A stretch of 62,923 nt of DNA, counting the filler, from Choristocarpus tenellus KU-1152 (lineage: Eukaryota > Protista > Phaeophyceae), in the NCBI GenBank assembly GCA_964200185.2. It is 11 parts of 11 records of this genome, joined end to end, with 100 filler letters (N's around TTAATTAATTAA, not from the genome) between each part and the next. Parts side by side here need not be neighbours in the genome. Positions count along the whole stretch, not along the records: positions 12,234 to 19,139 come from CAXNAD020007092.1; positions 19,240 to 25,947 come from CAXNAD020007515.1; positions 26,048 to 29,451 come from CAXNAD020020268.1; 8 more parts are not named here. The stretch is one strand, 5' to 3'. Made by a program: the position numbers and the translations under genes. Below, one piece after another: positions 12,865 through 26,079 of this stretch. The notes beneath the pieces are model-generated. The model was not told the origin of the DNA and searched no databases. It was given only the letters and a program-made list of their open reading frames with translations. The number at the start of each line of letters is the position of its first letter. Positions within the stretch are counted from its first letter, which is position 1.

Positions 12865-13558
12865 GAAGCGGTCATGATGTATATATATGGGGAATGTGTT
12901 ACAGTTTTGTTTGTGATGATGTATTTTGACTTTGAAAGGGGCCACACGGTTCATCATAATCAATTCACATCTTTATCTAAGTAATAGTAGTAGTAGTAAT
13001 GATGATGATAATGGTAATAATAAAATAATAATAATACTATGGTAACTAATTTTTTTTCAAGGTTTTTATAATTTTGCAAAGGACGAGAACGAGGAGTGAT
13101 GGGGAGAGTGACGATGATTAAATAATGGGATTTTTTTTTTGTAATTGCATGTATTGTAAGTAGGCGTTCTCTGTCCACCACTGTTAAAGAAATTGGTGTT
13201 CCCAAGACTTGAGAATGTAAATAACTCGATGAATTCCTCATTATGCAGAACAGGTTGTACATGAAGTAAGGAAGGTGTAAGGAAGGAGAGTGAGCTTCAA
13301 AGCTCAAAGGGGGTCATCACCTTACGATTCATATATTCTAATAACATGTCACTCAATCCACGATTACTTGCCATGTTACTCGCTACAGCATTCCTTTTCT
13401 AGGATTGTTCTTGTTGCACTATAATAACCCGGATAATATTTCCGTTGTCACCTGACAAAAACATTACTATCAGTTATCCCATTATCCAACAATACTTCAA
13501 CAACTCAATGTTTTTCCCACAGGATCATATTTTACACATGAATAAAAGCATATTCTTA

Positions 13559-13737
13559 GGGTCAAAGTATCTGGGGGGGGGTCGGCATCCGTTTTTCACC
13601 CTTTTTCGATTTTCACTTTTTTGGTGTGATTTGGTCACACGTGTCGGATTTGAAACGTCGGAAGAAAAAAGTTGTTCGACCGAAACGGACGCCTCCTCAC
13701 AAACCACTCCCCACACCCCCCCCAGATACTTTGATCC
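13559..13737. mobile_element. MITE family C (same TIR core), complete, TSD TTA; PIF/Harbinger-like
   Basis: tta|gggtcaaagtatctgggggggg...ccccccccagatactttgatcc|tta. Confidence 0.88.
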
Positions 13738-16700
13738 TTAACAACCACTGTCCTCCGCACACGTATGTATATATATATATGCATGTGTTACTGTGTTACG
13801 TATTATTATGTATACGTGTGTACATTATTATGATATACAATTCCTGGTATCCATTGATCAATATTTCCAATAATCGGATTTCAACAGGAAACCGAGGAGC
13901 GTGTGTGCTTTCAAGCGTTCAAATCTTTCACTATATATATATTTTTTTCTCTCACCAGGCCATATCTCAGGGTTAGGGAGGGTTCTTCTCTCTGTATAAA
14001 ACACATTTTCGATCTAGTGCCTGCGGTATGGTACAACCTCGAAAAAGGGCTGTTGGTGGTGCAAGCAAGTAAATTGATTGTTATGTTACCATTTTGGGCT
14101 TAAGTTAAGCACAGCACGTAAGTACCCTCCTCCCCCCCTCTTATCACTCCACCAAAAGTACCGATCCCCCAAGCCAGCAACAGGCGGAAATTTCGAAACT
14201 CCCCCCAAGATTTCAAATCGCCAAGTTTAAAAAATAATAATAATAATTCATCGGGGATGCGGGGGCCCGATTGTACCTGGCGCCGGTTCACAATTTTTTC
14301 TCTTTTTTTGTTATATGGCTCTGCCGGTCAGTAAGGTGGTAAGTTTTTTTTTTAATGATCAAATTCTTGAAGGGCTACTTGCTCGTGTGTCCTCTTATCA
14401 AATTCTTGAAGGGGCTATTCGTTCGTGTCTTCATCTCAATTTTTTTTTACTTGATTCTTTCCTTTGCATATCTTGGGAGGTGAAAAAAAAAAAGTGTACG
14501 TGATCTCGAGAAGTGTTGCTTTTTATTTTTTTTGAGAATTGGAGAGTATTGACTATATTCGGAGTTGTTACGGGACACCAAACACACCTCCGATTAGTTA
14601 TCACAGTTTTAATTATTACCAAAAAATATTATTTTGAACGACCAACCCTTCACTTAAATTCTGGGGCACAACCCCTTCTTCCCCCTGCCCTCCCCCCCCC
14701 CAGCCCCACATGCAGACACCTCCAAAACTTCCTCTTCATACTGCACGTGCTATCACGCCTGCATGCGCTTCGCCTCGTCAATTAAAAAAAAATAAAAAAT
14801 GAGTGAAGGGGCGACATCATCAGTAGCCTCGTTAAAATCAACCCTCAAGTGTTCATCACTGTACTTTGGTAGGCACTATCATCACCACCATATCACTCTT
14901 CACCCTTTTTCGTGTATGGCCCCTCCCCGCCCCCCACTCCATTTTTACCAGGACTCATTTCAATGCGTGGTGCATTTTCACACAATCTCTTCCGACTCCA
15001 ACCGTTCCTCCTCCCTCCAACCACAGGGCTCAGCAGCACTTGGACTAGACAGAGGAGCTGCTGAATTTGCCTGTACTGCCAGCTGCTCTCATGGACATAA
15101 GAAATGTGTTGTGTGCCACCTCCTCACAAGAGACCAGCCACCACCTTCAAGGAAGCGAATGGAGTAATCAGTTCCCAACCTTGACTAGAATCCCTATGGC
15201 TGATGCTATCAATGGTTACTACTACACCATGAGGCGTGTGTTGCGGTTACCAATTTGTAGTATTTGCCTCTCCTTTCCCATTCAGTAGGCGTGGTACATC
15301 TTTTTTTAAGGACTTTTTTTAGAAAAAATGAACAGTCGGATTTGTTTGTTCACTCAATCACATGTTTCCGTTTGTGATACCTGTAGGAACAGGGGCAGCT
15401 CTGTTTTGCAATTCTGAGGACACTTTTTGTAAACACACTAATTATCACTTTTTGCTGTAAACAAGGACTAACAACTTTAGGGCTTACAATCTCGCTGTAA
15501 ACAAGCACAGTTTACATGGCACTTGAATACAAGCATACGGAGGATATATTTCATTTCTTGGAACAGGAGAGTTTTCACGTGTTAGCAATTAAGTAAAAAG
15601 TCTGCATTAGGTACAACCACCTCTCCTATTTCCTACATTTTGATCAATTGATGTCACCTGGCATTATTGCTCCTCACGTGCAACTTCCCCCATCTCTCAA
15701 AAGGTACCAAGGGAGTGCAGTGTGTGCATGAGAAAGACCATCATTTCATAACAACTGTTAACACTCATCATGCTACTCAAAACGTTGATTTTTAAAATCA
15801 GACAAAACTTTAGACACTAAAACACAAAATATATATATTATTTGACCCCACACACACACCCAAGAAAATCTCCCCACAGCGCTCAAGACAATTGTTCATG
15901 AAGTCTGCATTAAGTTCCTCAATCAAGGTGATTACACCGAACTCCCATGTTAATTCTATCACCCTGGTCTCTTCTCTCCTTGCAAGCCCCCACACAACAA
16001 TAACACAGGGACGGGACTTGGACACCCCCCATCCAAACAAAAGAGACCTAACGCACCTGCCTGTCTATCCACACACAAAAAAGAAAACACAGACTCAGGC
16101 TCATTCTCACACATAATGTACTTAATGCCACTGCCACAATGGTTACAGCCGAAAAAAGTCCAGCTCATCCTCACAAAGAAATTTATGATCTCTCACAATG
16201 AACATGCAATAGCGATACTTAACGGGTTGTTGTTCGAGTGCATAATCCCCCCGCCACAACACACCAAAAAACACACAAGTAATAAGATAGGAACACAGCG
16301 TGAAGATCACAAACTCGTACAAGTCCCAAAAAGACATGCCTAAGTGCCAACTCCATCCACAACTGAGAACACAACAGAATTAAACAAATAGACATGTATA
16401 AGATAGAACAGAATAAAATTGTGCAAACGTATTGACATCAAAGACACCTACAACACAAAAGAGGTGTCCGATCCTCTCGATCCATACCTCAACACACAAC
16501 GGAAATCAAATAACCTCCCTTGCAACAAAACAAGACGAGTACATTATAATTCCAACCTCATTCATCAACGGCCCAACACATTTGAAACTAACCCAACAAC
16601 ACAGTTACATGACACCATGACAGCTCATGAACACACTACACCTACAACTTGCCTTTCCAACAAGAAACTCACTCCACAACTAATACACTTCCCGCCTCAT

Positions 16701-17130
16701 GAGAGACTCAACCTTCAACCTCACTGTGTTGTACACCATACACCAAGAGTATGGAAGTATGATCCACCCTCAATCCCACTGAGCTGTATATGGTACAGTA
16801 GTATGGAAATATGATGACATCATACATTTCGGCTGTTACTCGTTTGTTGGTTGGCGGGGCGGGGGGAGAGGGAAAGACAAGGTAGGCCATGCAAAGCTTA
16901 TCATTAGGAACAACCATGAGAAAAAGATGTATCGCACAGACCATCTCCCCCAGCAGAACCTCAACAAACGCTAACCCTATACCATGCCACCGCCTGTCAA
17001 GCTCAAATCACCGCCTGTCATGCTCGGATCAGACGCCTGGGGAAAATATAGAAACCCAACATCAAAGAAAAATAACAGGTACCACACGATGAGGTCAGAG
17101 GCAAGAATGGAGGAAGTCAGCGAGAGGAGG

Positions 17131-17173
17131 ACAAGACAGTTACAAGACAGTTACAAGACAGTTACAAGACAGT
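17131..17173. repeat. 11-bp tandem repeat (acaagacagtt) x~4
   Basis: Direct reading. Confidence 0.9.
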
Positions 17174-17179
17174 AACGTG

Positions 17180-17810
17180 TTAACTGTTCGGTCCCAATAC
17201 AGATACTTAATCGTGGATAAAGAAATCTTTCGCTAGCAAAGATTTACTAAATACAAATATCACGCCTTGTATAGTGAAACACTCAACATCAGGTTATTGT
17301 TCTTGTTAAAAGCCTGCTGGACCTGTCTGGAAAGTAAAGTATACGGCAATAGCTAACACATTTTGTGGGGTAGACTGGATGTCCACAAGGCAGTACCACA
17401 TTTTCAACATATCCTTTGGGCAGGTATCATGAAAACCAATGATAGGGCTGCCCTAAGACCTCAGCACGATACACCACCCTCTGCCAAGTCGCAAGAAACG
17501 CCTCTCCAAGGTGATGCTTTTTTATCATCAACACGACCCGTTCCAACAAATGCTGAATGGAGCAAGTACATCAACAGATGTTACATCTCGAAAAACTTTA
17601 TTTCATAACAAAACCAACATCATTTCCACAACATTTAGAAACTGCAGTGGAGTAAGAATGCTGTACCGGAACACTGTCATGTTATCCAACAAATGATAAA
17701 TGTCATAAAAAAAAATTCCCACTGGAAAGACACTCCAACAAATGTAGTAGGGCTTGCAACTCATGTTCAAAGGCCTCTTCACCTTCAAACCCATTTCGAA
17801 AAAAACGACA
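17180..17810 (-). mobile_element. Possible Sola-like DDE transposase relic
   Basis: Minus-strand FSRCNIC...HL.....QR..Y...CLVDIQSTP...QTGPAGF...FFIHD....GPNS follows the Sola-type pattern; heavily degraded. Confidence 0.35.
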
Positions 17811-18375
17811 TTGTTTATGAATAGGGCTGGGGGTAGAGTACGTAATACACTCCCAACTAGTTCACAAGTAGGGTGAAATGCAACAAATGAGAACTTAGGG
17901 GGGGCAATGCATCACAGGTTGAACAGGTTCCATCCTCTGGTCAACTGAAAGCTTAGACCCATTATCAAAATGGCAAAAACATGATTCCAAAAAATTCCAA
18001 AAAATTCCGATTTTTCCAAAAATTTAGTAAGAACGGGTTAGGAATGAGCCTTGAAGACATGGAGAACACCAGAAAATTTGAAGAGAAAACAAAAGATCAC
18101 CAAAAGATCACCAAAAGAACAGGCCTTACTCAACCATACATAATTTCAACATAGAAAAATCACAGCCAATACACTATCAAATCACACAAACTACTCTGAT
18201 CCCAGGTGTATTTGGAGAAGTATCACTCATTGATGAAATACTCATTGGTGAAACACCACTCCTTGTGCATACCACTGGCCTTCCGCTGGAAGTATCATTC
18301 TTCAAACTCCAAGCCTGCTATACCACACCATTTTCACCAACAACACAAGCAGTACCACAGCCTCCAGAGGGAGTA

Positions 18376-18410
18376 CATCAACATCAACATCAACATCAAC
18401 ATCAACAGCA
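18376..18410. repeat. (CATCAA)n microsatellite
   Basis: Direct reading. Confidence 0.85.
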
Positions 18411-19139
18411 TCAAAATATTCAAAAATTCAAATTTTATCCCTCCCTCACCTCATTCACGTCCATGTAATGGAAGCCATTTTTCTGTAGTTACACCCATCA
18501 TGTTTCCACCCCACACCATGGTGACACCAAACATGCAATAAGAATAAGAATAATAGAAGTGGGAAGGGTCAGGCACCATTCTACTGTATTTGTGGAATAT
18601 TGTAAAGAATAAGAATGGCGTGTTCGGATAAACAGATTGGTTGCGGTGTGATCAAGATGAGGATCAAAACTAAAAATATTTTTAAAGCGAGAGCAGCACT
18701 GAAATTTTTCTTAATATAAATAATTTATAATCATTTTTGTTCATTCCAGCCCGTAATCATGTATCGAAACCTCTCAATACATAAAGTATAAAAACAAGTT
18801 TAGTTAGTTTTAATTTTTTCAAACAGCGGAACAGATACACTACTAATATAAATAGGAAATCGAAATTAACATCTTTCAGAAAACTTTGACCTTAAAAAAT
18901 CATACATAAAACAAGATAAATAAATATCCCAACAATTCACACGTTGGACAAATCACATGATTTAGCTCCTGTGTGTTTCACCAATGAAGCAGAATAAAAT
19001 ATATGTACAAAATATTTGTACATGGGAAGGTTGAAGGACTAGTGAACATGCAAAAATCACTTCTACCCTGGAACATTGTGCCATAAATGGTACACTGAGA
19101 ACAACTCAAGACCCAAAGTATCTGGGGGGGGAGGGGGGG

Positions 19140-19239
19140 NNNNNNNNNNNNNNNNNNNNNNNNNNNNNNNNNNNNNNNNNNNNTTAATTAATTAANNNNN
19201 NNNNNNNNNNNNNNNNNNNNNNNNNNNNNNNNNNNNNNN
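19140..19239. other. Artificial assembly spacer
   Basis: Same pattern. Confidence 0.97.
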
Positions 19240-20609
19240 CTGCGTTGGATTGCTTGCTTGAATAATTAGTGCGGTCAGTGGAGTCGTTTGACTGTCGATG
19301 GTGAAGGTGGTAGAAAATAATAGTACTTCAAAGTAGTTTTTTCGGGGCAGCGTTTCATCGTCATTATGGATGGTTGACTGACTGAGAAGAAGTGTTATTT
19401 TCCCATATTATTAAATTGTTTATCAATTATTGCTATCGTCGCCAAGTAGAAGAAGAAGCTACCACTGAGCGCATGTAAGTATTGACATTATATGATGATC
19501 GACCTCTTTGTACGAATATCTCAGTCATGCCCGATATATCGTTTGTTGCGATATTCCCCTCCCCCCCATCCTGTCAGATACGCCGATCTACATTTATCTA
19601 TTTTCTCGGGCAAGTTGTTGGACTTGTCATGGTGTTTTCGGGCAACAGGCGGTCTTGGGCAGTGAGAAGGTCCAAGAGTGATGAGATTCGAAGCCGGGCG
19701 TATGAACGATGTTTGAGCTCCAGGCGATCCGTCGGACCACCATGAGATCCATGATCCGGAAAATACGTGCATTAGGGTTTTTAGAAGTTGTAAATCCGAT
19801 AATATCCGTACTTAGAATTTTAAAAAATACAAAGCACATACTTAATTGATCTTGTACGCTTGCAATGTTCCAAAACCAAAAGGTCAAGAAAAAAACTGAC
19901 ACCCTCTAATTGTCTTAAGTACAAAATCTTAAATTGTTGGACAATTGTATTCTTAAAAATACTAGAGACGACAAAAAGGGGCTCTTGAGTTTCGGTGATC
20001 CGATATCGGATCACCTAAACCATTGAAGACCCAAAATTACTTTTTTTGTTCAAATTGGTTTACGAACTTAACGCTCTCAAGTCAATTTTAGCACATTGTG
20101 CTTTATCGATACAAATATGAATGAATTGAAAAAGGTGATGAAGTGGTTAAAAAGCAAAATCTCAAAACCTGGGTACCTCTTATTTTCTTCTGGGTCAGTG
20201 ACGAAAGATTTGTACAGAGTTGTTTTGCCCTGTTTTTCCGTTCAGGGCTTGGCTTCCCACGAGGTTTTGATGCCCCTTTTCGGTTTTCGGTGTGAATGCA
20301 ACTACCTAAGATGTATATGACTATGAAAGGTGTATCTGGAGCAAGGATATTGACACTTGCTAACAAACATGGTAGCCAAAATTGATCAAAATGGTAGCAT
20401 TGGATTTATGATCCCGAACGGACGTGGTCCTACTCTCTCAAATGCTTTTGCTCTGTTGTTCGCCATAAACCACAACAAAAATCATTTTTGCACTATGTTT
20501 TTTTTCTATTAGATTGGATCAGATTTGTACACGATTGGTTGTTTCCCACCAAATCACAACTTCAGACTTGTATATCAAGATGAATTAGGGACAAACGATA
20601 CATAGATGT

Positions 20610-20980
20610 GTCAATGGAAAAGCCAATGAAAAGTCAATCAAATATCAGAACAACCCCTGAAAACGTAACAGGTGTCGTAAATGTGGAAGAGATTTTTCTA
20701 TCATCTATTCACTATTTTACTACCAGCTATGCTACACCACTGCCCTCCTATGCCTCCAACCTAGCTTAGCCCTGGATCCGAGGGTGAGGAGTTAGGGAAG
20801 CATCCCAAAAATCTAACAAGCCCCTCCTTGCCCATCTCCCTGGTGTCTCCAGCTTAAAATGCATGGCACATCTTGACAGAGCTACTTGTGTTGTGACGGA
20901 CACTATCTGTCGTAGACGGGATTTGACAGTTTCTTTCCTGCTGTAGCCTCCCGCCCCTCTCCCCCCTACAACACGCATAA
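20610..20980 (-). mobile_element. 5'-truncated 3' end of the CRE-like LINE
   Basis: Reverse-complement match to ~31545-31885, including the 3' UTR and short tail repeats (aatggaaaagccaatgaaaagtcaa). Confidence 0.85.
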
Positions 20981-22399
20981 TAATAAAATGTTTATTTCTT
21001 TTCTTGACACATAGAGACAAATCACTCACTTATAGAGGATAAATAGTGAGTGATATTTACAAGTCATGTATACTCCATCCAAACCAAAAGGTTATATCGA
21101 CAAATCAATATTTGTACACCATTCCTCAACATGATGAGCTGTACTTGGTACATTTATGATTTGTGTTACAAGATTCCTCGGTAGAAATGATTTGTACATC
21201 TTCATCACTCCTTCAAACTTCACATAGTAATATCAGTACATGCTTTTTGTCTGCTGATTTGTGAAGCACAACAGAGCTAAATTATGAGTTGTCTGATATG
21301 TGGTGTTTTGGTATCAGTTTTTTCCCTCCTCTTGACACATCTACAAATGTCAGGGGCCATAATATATTGCATTTGGATATTTGGCCACAAAGGGGCGTGA
21401 TACATTCTTGGGACTCTTCCTAGGTCCTTGTCTAAGTTCGCAGGATAGGGGAGCGTAGGAGTGTAAACATTGGTTTCTAGAGAATATTTGAATACTATAC
21501 AACAACATGGAAGGGAACCTTGTTGTATAGTTAATTTTCAAAGAATACATATTTCAAGTTGTCTTACCAACAAGCAAACATTACTGTTCCTTAATCTACA
21601 TTAAACTTGACACCCTTATACCATTTAAAACCAAAACACTGATCTCTGAACTTAACCTTCAGCTCCTCCGCCCTATTTTCTTGAATGGCTTTGTGCTAGT
21701 TTCTGATTTGTGACCCTTTAGAGATGACGTACCCAATTCCATATGTGTTTGTGCGGGGCAACCGTTCTGGTTTTGGTTTCGTCTAAACTACTATATCTGA
21801 ATCTACTTGCGTTGCAGTCTGTTTTTCCCTCCCCTGAGACATTCCCCAAATGTCTATCGCCATAATATTATACACTTTGTGTAATAGTTAGTGTTAGAAT
21901 TTTGTTTTAAGTTGAACAAAATATGTTGGGATCGATTCCTATGAAATAAATAATTTATTTCAACTCTTGCAACAACATTAGCCCAATCAAAATAAAGCAC
22001 AGGGAATTGTTGATATTGCGTAAATAACAGTGGTCACAAGGTTTTATATTACAATTTGATAAGCTTTCCATCAAGAACAATTTGTTGGGCTCACCTCCCC
22101 CCACTACTACAAGTTGGAATGGCTTGTGATCACTAACCAGTAAATATATTTCTCACATTTACTCCTACAACCTACAAGTAAAAAATAGTGAGAAATACAT
22201 CCTGTGTAAAATTCGATTTTGAAAATTGCAGTTGGCTAATCAAAAGTAGAGTGTGGTAAACAGTGAAGATTCTGTGTGATGTATGTTATTTATGTTATTT
22301 TAGTGCTCACACATTCTTTCGTAATTACAACCTTCTAAGTCTGGATTGTCAAACCTTCGCTCTCTACACCTCTTACAGAGTTTCAAAATAATATAGAAA

Positions 22400-24270
22400 T
22401 GGACAGATCAAAAATGCTCTCTTGTTTCTATACGTAGTGAAAACAAGTACCTTTGCCGATGCAGAGACGATGAACATACGAAAATGTTTAAAGACCTCCT
22501 TCTGATGTGTGGGGCATGAGAAGAAGTGCGTCGAAAAGAGAAGCTAGTGCGTCTTGAACAGCACTATACTATAAATTGATTCGTCTGTCCTGGTAAAATA
22601 ATGGCACCAAAATGAAATCCACAAGAAAGCCATGTCCTTACCCGCCGAGGTGGTCCAAATTGCGTTTCCTGTGTCATAGAGTTCCAACAGAAACCAACAA
22701 AAATTGTGCGAATTGGTGTGACATACCACTCTCATGCAGCCCCCCCCCCCTACTTGGCATACTTCTGCAATGATAATAATGACCTTTCATGCCAATTTTC
22801 AACTGGTGAGTACATTGAAAAAAAGGTGACTGAGAGTTCTCTCTATGCTGAAAAAAACATCCTATGCATCATTGAACCCATACTCTGAGCACAATATTTA
22901 CATCTTCTCGCGTCTGCCTCCCATAACAATATCCCTGCCTAGTGGTAAAAAAAGTCAGAAGGGACTACTTCCTGAGGATGTGCCAAGACACCTTCTCTTC
23001 TGTTGCCCCGTGGAAACTGCTGAATACAGCTTCGAATGTACAGGATTGAAGAAGATTATTGACATGGTGGGAAAAAATTCCAGAAGGCTGGAGCAGACAA
23101 GCTCCCATCAGATTGCCTTCCCTCCTCGGTGTAACACTGGGAAAGGCATCATGATGAATGGGTGAGTCTTCATCATCCATCTGCACCCTTCCTCAACTAC
23201 AATATCAACAGAATTGCTTCTCCTCCCTTTCACAGAGTTTGAATGTCCACACAGATATATCACGACAAAATCTCATGAACACATATTGATTTCTCCGCGG
23301 CAGCCAGTTCTCCTTCGGGACACTGAGAGGCTTTAGAAATCAAATGGAGATCAAAACTGAGGAGGCCGGCAGGAGGAGAATCACAGATAGCAAAAAAGCC
23401 CCAAAGGCAAAGTCCAAGCACAACAGGGAGGGAAATATTGGGGGGTTCAAGCTGAGAGGAGAAGCGGATGAAAATGCTGTCTATCAAGACCTCAAATCGT
23501 CTAAGAAATCCCTAGGAGGACATGGCATATCATCAGCGGACAGTGCTCCTCAAGGATGACCTCCTTATTGGTGGTACAGTGCTTGACATTCAAATCAAAT
23601 CGCCAAGGAGAAAGAAGAGAAGGGTGATGCGGATGACCTTGGCGGAGATAATGAAGCTGAAAGTAGTTGCCACGATGAAAATGATGATTTTTATGTGTTT
23701 TATGTGGTGTCCAAGGAAAACAAGAAACTGGCCATTAACGTTGACGTAGATGGGGCAATACCTTTTCCCACAGATTGTAGCAAGGTCTCTTCCATCCACA
23801 ACAAAAAAGGCATGGGGTGGGCCAAGGTGAGCAATATTTTTCTTTCTCATTGTCTGCCATTAACTCCACTCATCTCAAGGAAGTTTGAACCCTGGTGCTG
23901 AGCAAGTAGTGTGTCCTCTCCGTTTGCTTCTATGGGTATTCATATGATAAACATTTAGACTACCTACCTGATCTTCACCTACCTACTATGAATCTACATT
24001 CTACTCTATATGGCAATCTCACTCCATGTACCATTTTGACTCATCTCTGCTGCTCTGCTTGCGTATTCTTCAGAAATTTTCACGCACACTTCACTTAAAT
24101 GGTTCACTTAAGAGGTTAAGTGGTTCACTTAAGAGGGTAGAGTAAAGATGGCCTTTTATAATCCACATGCAAGAGTGACCGAACTTCACCAGGAGATCAA
24201 CAAGAGATACTCCGCTTTGGGCTTGACAGAGGATGGCTACTTTGTACAGTACACCACTTTGTCAGGGAGG
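22400..24270 (+). pseudogene. Decayed spliced gene of unknown identity
   Basis: gtgag donors at ~22806, 23162 and 23827; cag acceptors at ~23236 and 24073; long coding-like blocks with scattered stops. Confidence 0.4.
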
Positions 24271-24275
24271 TTTAT

Positions 24276-24321
24276 GGGCCCTGAATGGACAGCCGTCACC
24301 CCCCCCCAGATACTTTGAGCC
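24276..24321 (-). mobile_element. MITE family B end fragment
   Basis: gggccctgaatggacagccgtca(c)n agatactttgagcc. Confidence 0.75.
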
Positions 24322-24779
24322 AGGATGTAAAAGGGGGTATAGATTCACAACAGATAAGCAGCTTATCTTGAAGGTTATGGTTGTAAGGGGAGATTAAAAC
24401 ATGCCTTTCTTCCGTTGACAGTACTTTCAGTTTTTGGTTGGAAATGTGGAAGAGAGTATATGCACTTAAACTTCAAAGAGAACTCACCATACCATGCTTC
24501 TTGGTTGCCTTGTAGTATAACATGATGCTATCTTCATGGGAAGGAGTAGCAGGTCTGGTGTGATTGAGCTTTAGATATTTGAGGACAAAGACATCCAACA
24601 CAATTCATTTTATGGATTTCTTGTAGTGTTTTATACTGCGATATTGATACATCATACAAACAAACAATAGTAATGAAGTATTTTTCCCTCCACTGCATTA
24701 GATCTTCCCCCTTAGTATTCTCCTATACTAGATAATAGACATGTACACATCTTGAACAATACACCGATTCAGTGCCTTC

Positions 24780-25800
24780 GATTTGCAAGTCTTCATTATA
24801 CAAATTGACAAAATATTGGAAGATGTCCGCAAAAAAGGTAGTCCTTTTCTCACACAAAAAATATCCACATTTGAGCAAAACCCTTTCCACAATGTACCAA
24901 AAGATGTATTGTGGTCATTTCTATGGATCCTTCAAATGGAACCATGAATACCTCTCAAGTAGTATGACTCTGCCCTGCACCCTGTGTTGCTTGGGCCATA
25001 AAAGGACGAATGAATTATCAAACACATGGCAAATGAGCAAAGATGTCATCATCACCATTGTTGTCAATGTTACATCAATCAATACCAAAATAGAATGTAT
25101 ATATTATATATGTATGCATGAAGTATGGCATTGTCCTGTTGTGCAGGAATTTATTATTGTTATTAGTGGTGGTTGTAGCATGCAGGCTATGTACCCCAAC
25201 AAAACCAGTACTTTGAAGTAAGAAAAAAGGAAATTCACTCTAATGGGACTACTATATACATGCAGGAGTCTCCATTGCAAAAACACACAAAGGATTGACA
25301 TAGTAGTACAAAGTAGCACAGCAGTACAAAGTAGCATTAAGAAGAGGGCTCACTTCAACACAGAGGAACAGACACAAACAGCACACGGGAATAATGGCCC
25401 TATGTCTAATTTTTTTCATATAGTATTATTTACACTCCTACCATACCATGATGTACAAAGAGGCTGTGACTTTGCCTAAGTGCAAATGCAAAACCTTCTG
25501 TAGATCATTTCAACGAGTTGAACTCATTAAATTTAACTCCCCATACCTGTAAAAGGACGTTTTCCTCTATCAAGCCTGATGTCCAACTTTCCTCAGAATA
25601 GTTGTTGACTCAAGATTTCTGACAGTAAAAAATAGTTGCAGAATACTATAGCAACATACAACACACGAGATGAGATCATCCATGATAAAATAAGACAGTA
25701 ATGGTGTGAGTGCACACTTTGAGTCGGGGCAATCCACAACTGATAGCAAACTTTGTGCATGCAGTCGGTGCAAGTATGCGCAAGATAACAAAAGGCATTA
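24780..25800 (-). mobile_element. Possible KDZ (Kyakuja-Dileera-Zisupton)-like transposase relic
   Basis: Degraded Cys clusters (CTDC, CPDSKC, PCAVC), TGFVGVHSLH/TTGQ and QGAG...ERYSW, resembling KDZ TG....CRH...GE and G.G..GE..E..WS. Confidence 0.3.
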
Positions 25801-25947
25801 ACAGCAAAGAGCAAAGACATAAACAAAAACACAGACACACCAGAAGACATACGGATGTTTCAATGCAAAAGAGAACTACTCTAGTAGAGTATTTTGCTTT
25901 GTGTGGTATGGATATGTTTATTAGCGGAGTGAGCACAGCCCTCGGTG

Positions 25948-26047
25948 NNNNNNNNNNNNNNNNNNNNNNNNNNNNNNNNNNNNNNNNNNNNTTAATTAAT
26001 TAANNNNNNNNNNNNNNNNNNNNNNNNNNNNNNNNNNNNNNNNNNNN
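25948..26047. other. Artificial assembly spacer
   Basis: Same pattern. Confidence 0.97.
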
Positions 26048-26079
26048 GACCTCCCCCCCCCCCAGATACTTTGGGTCTG

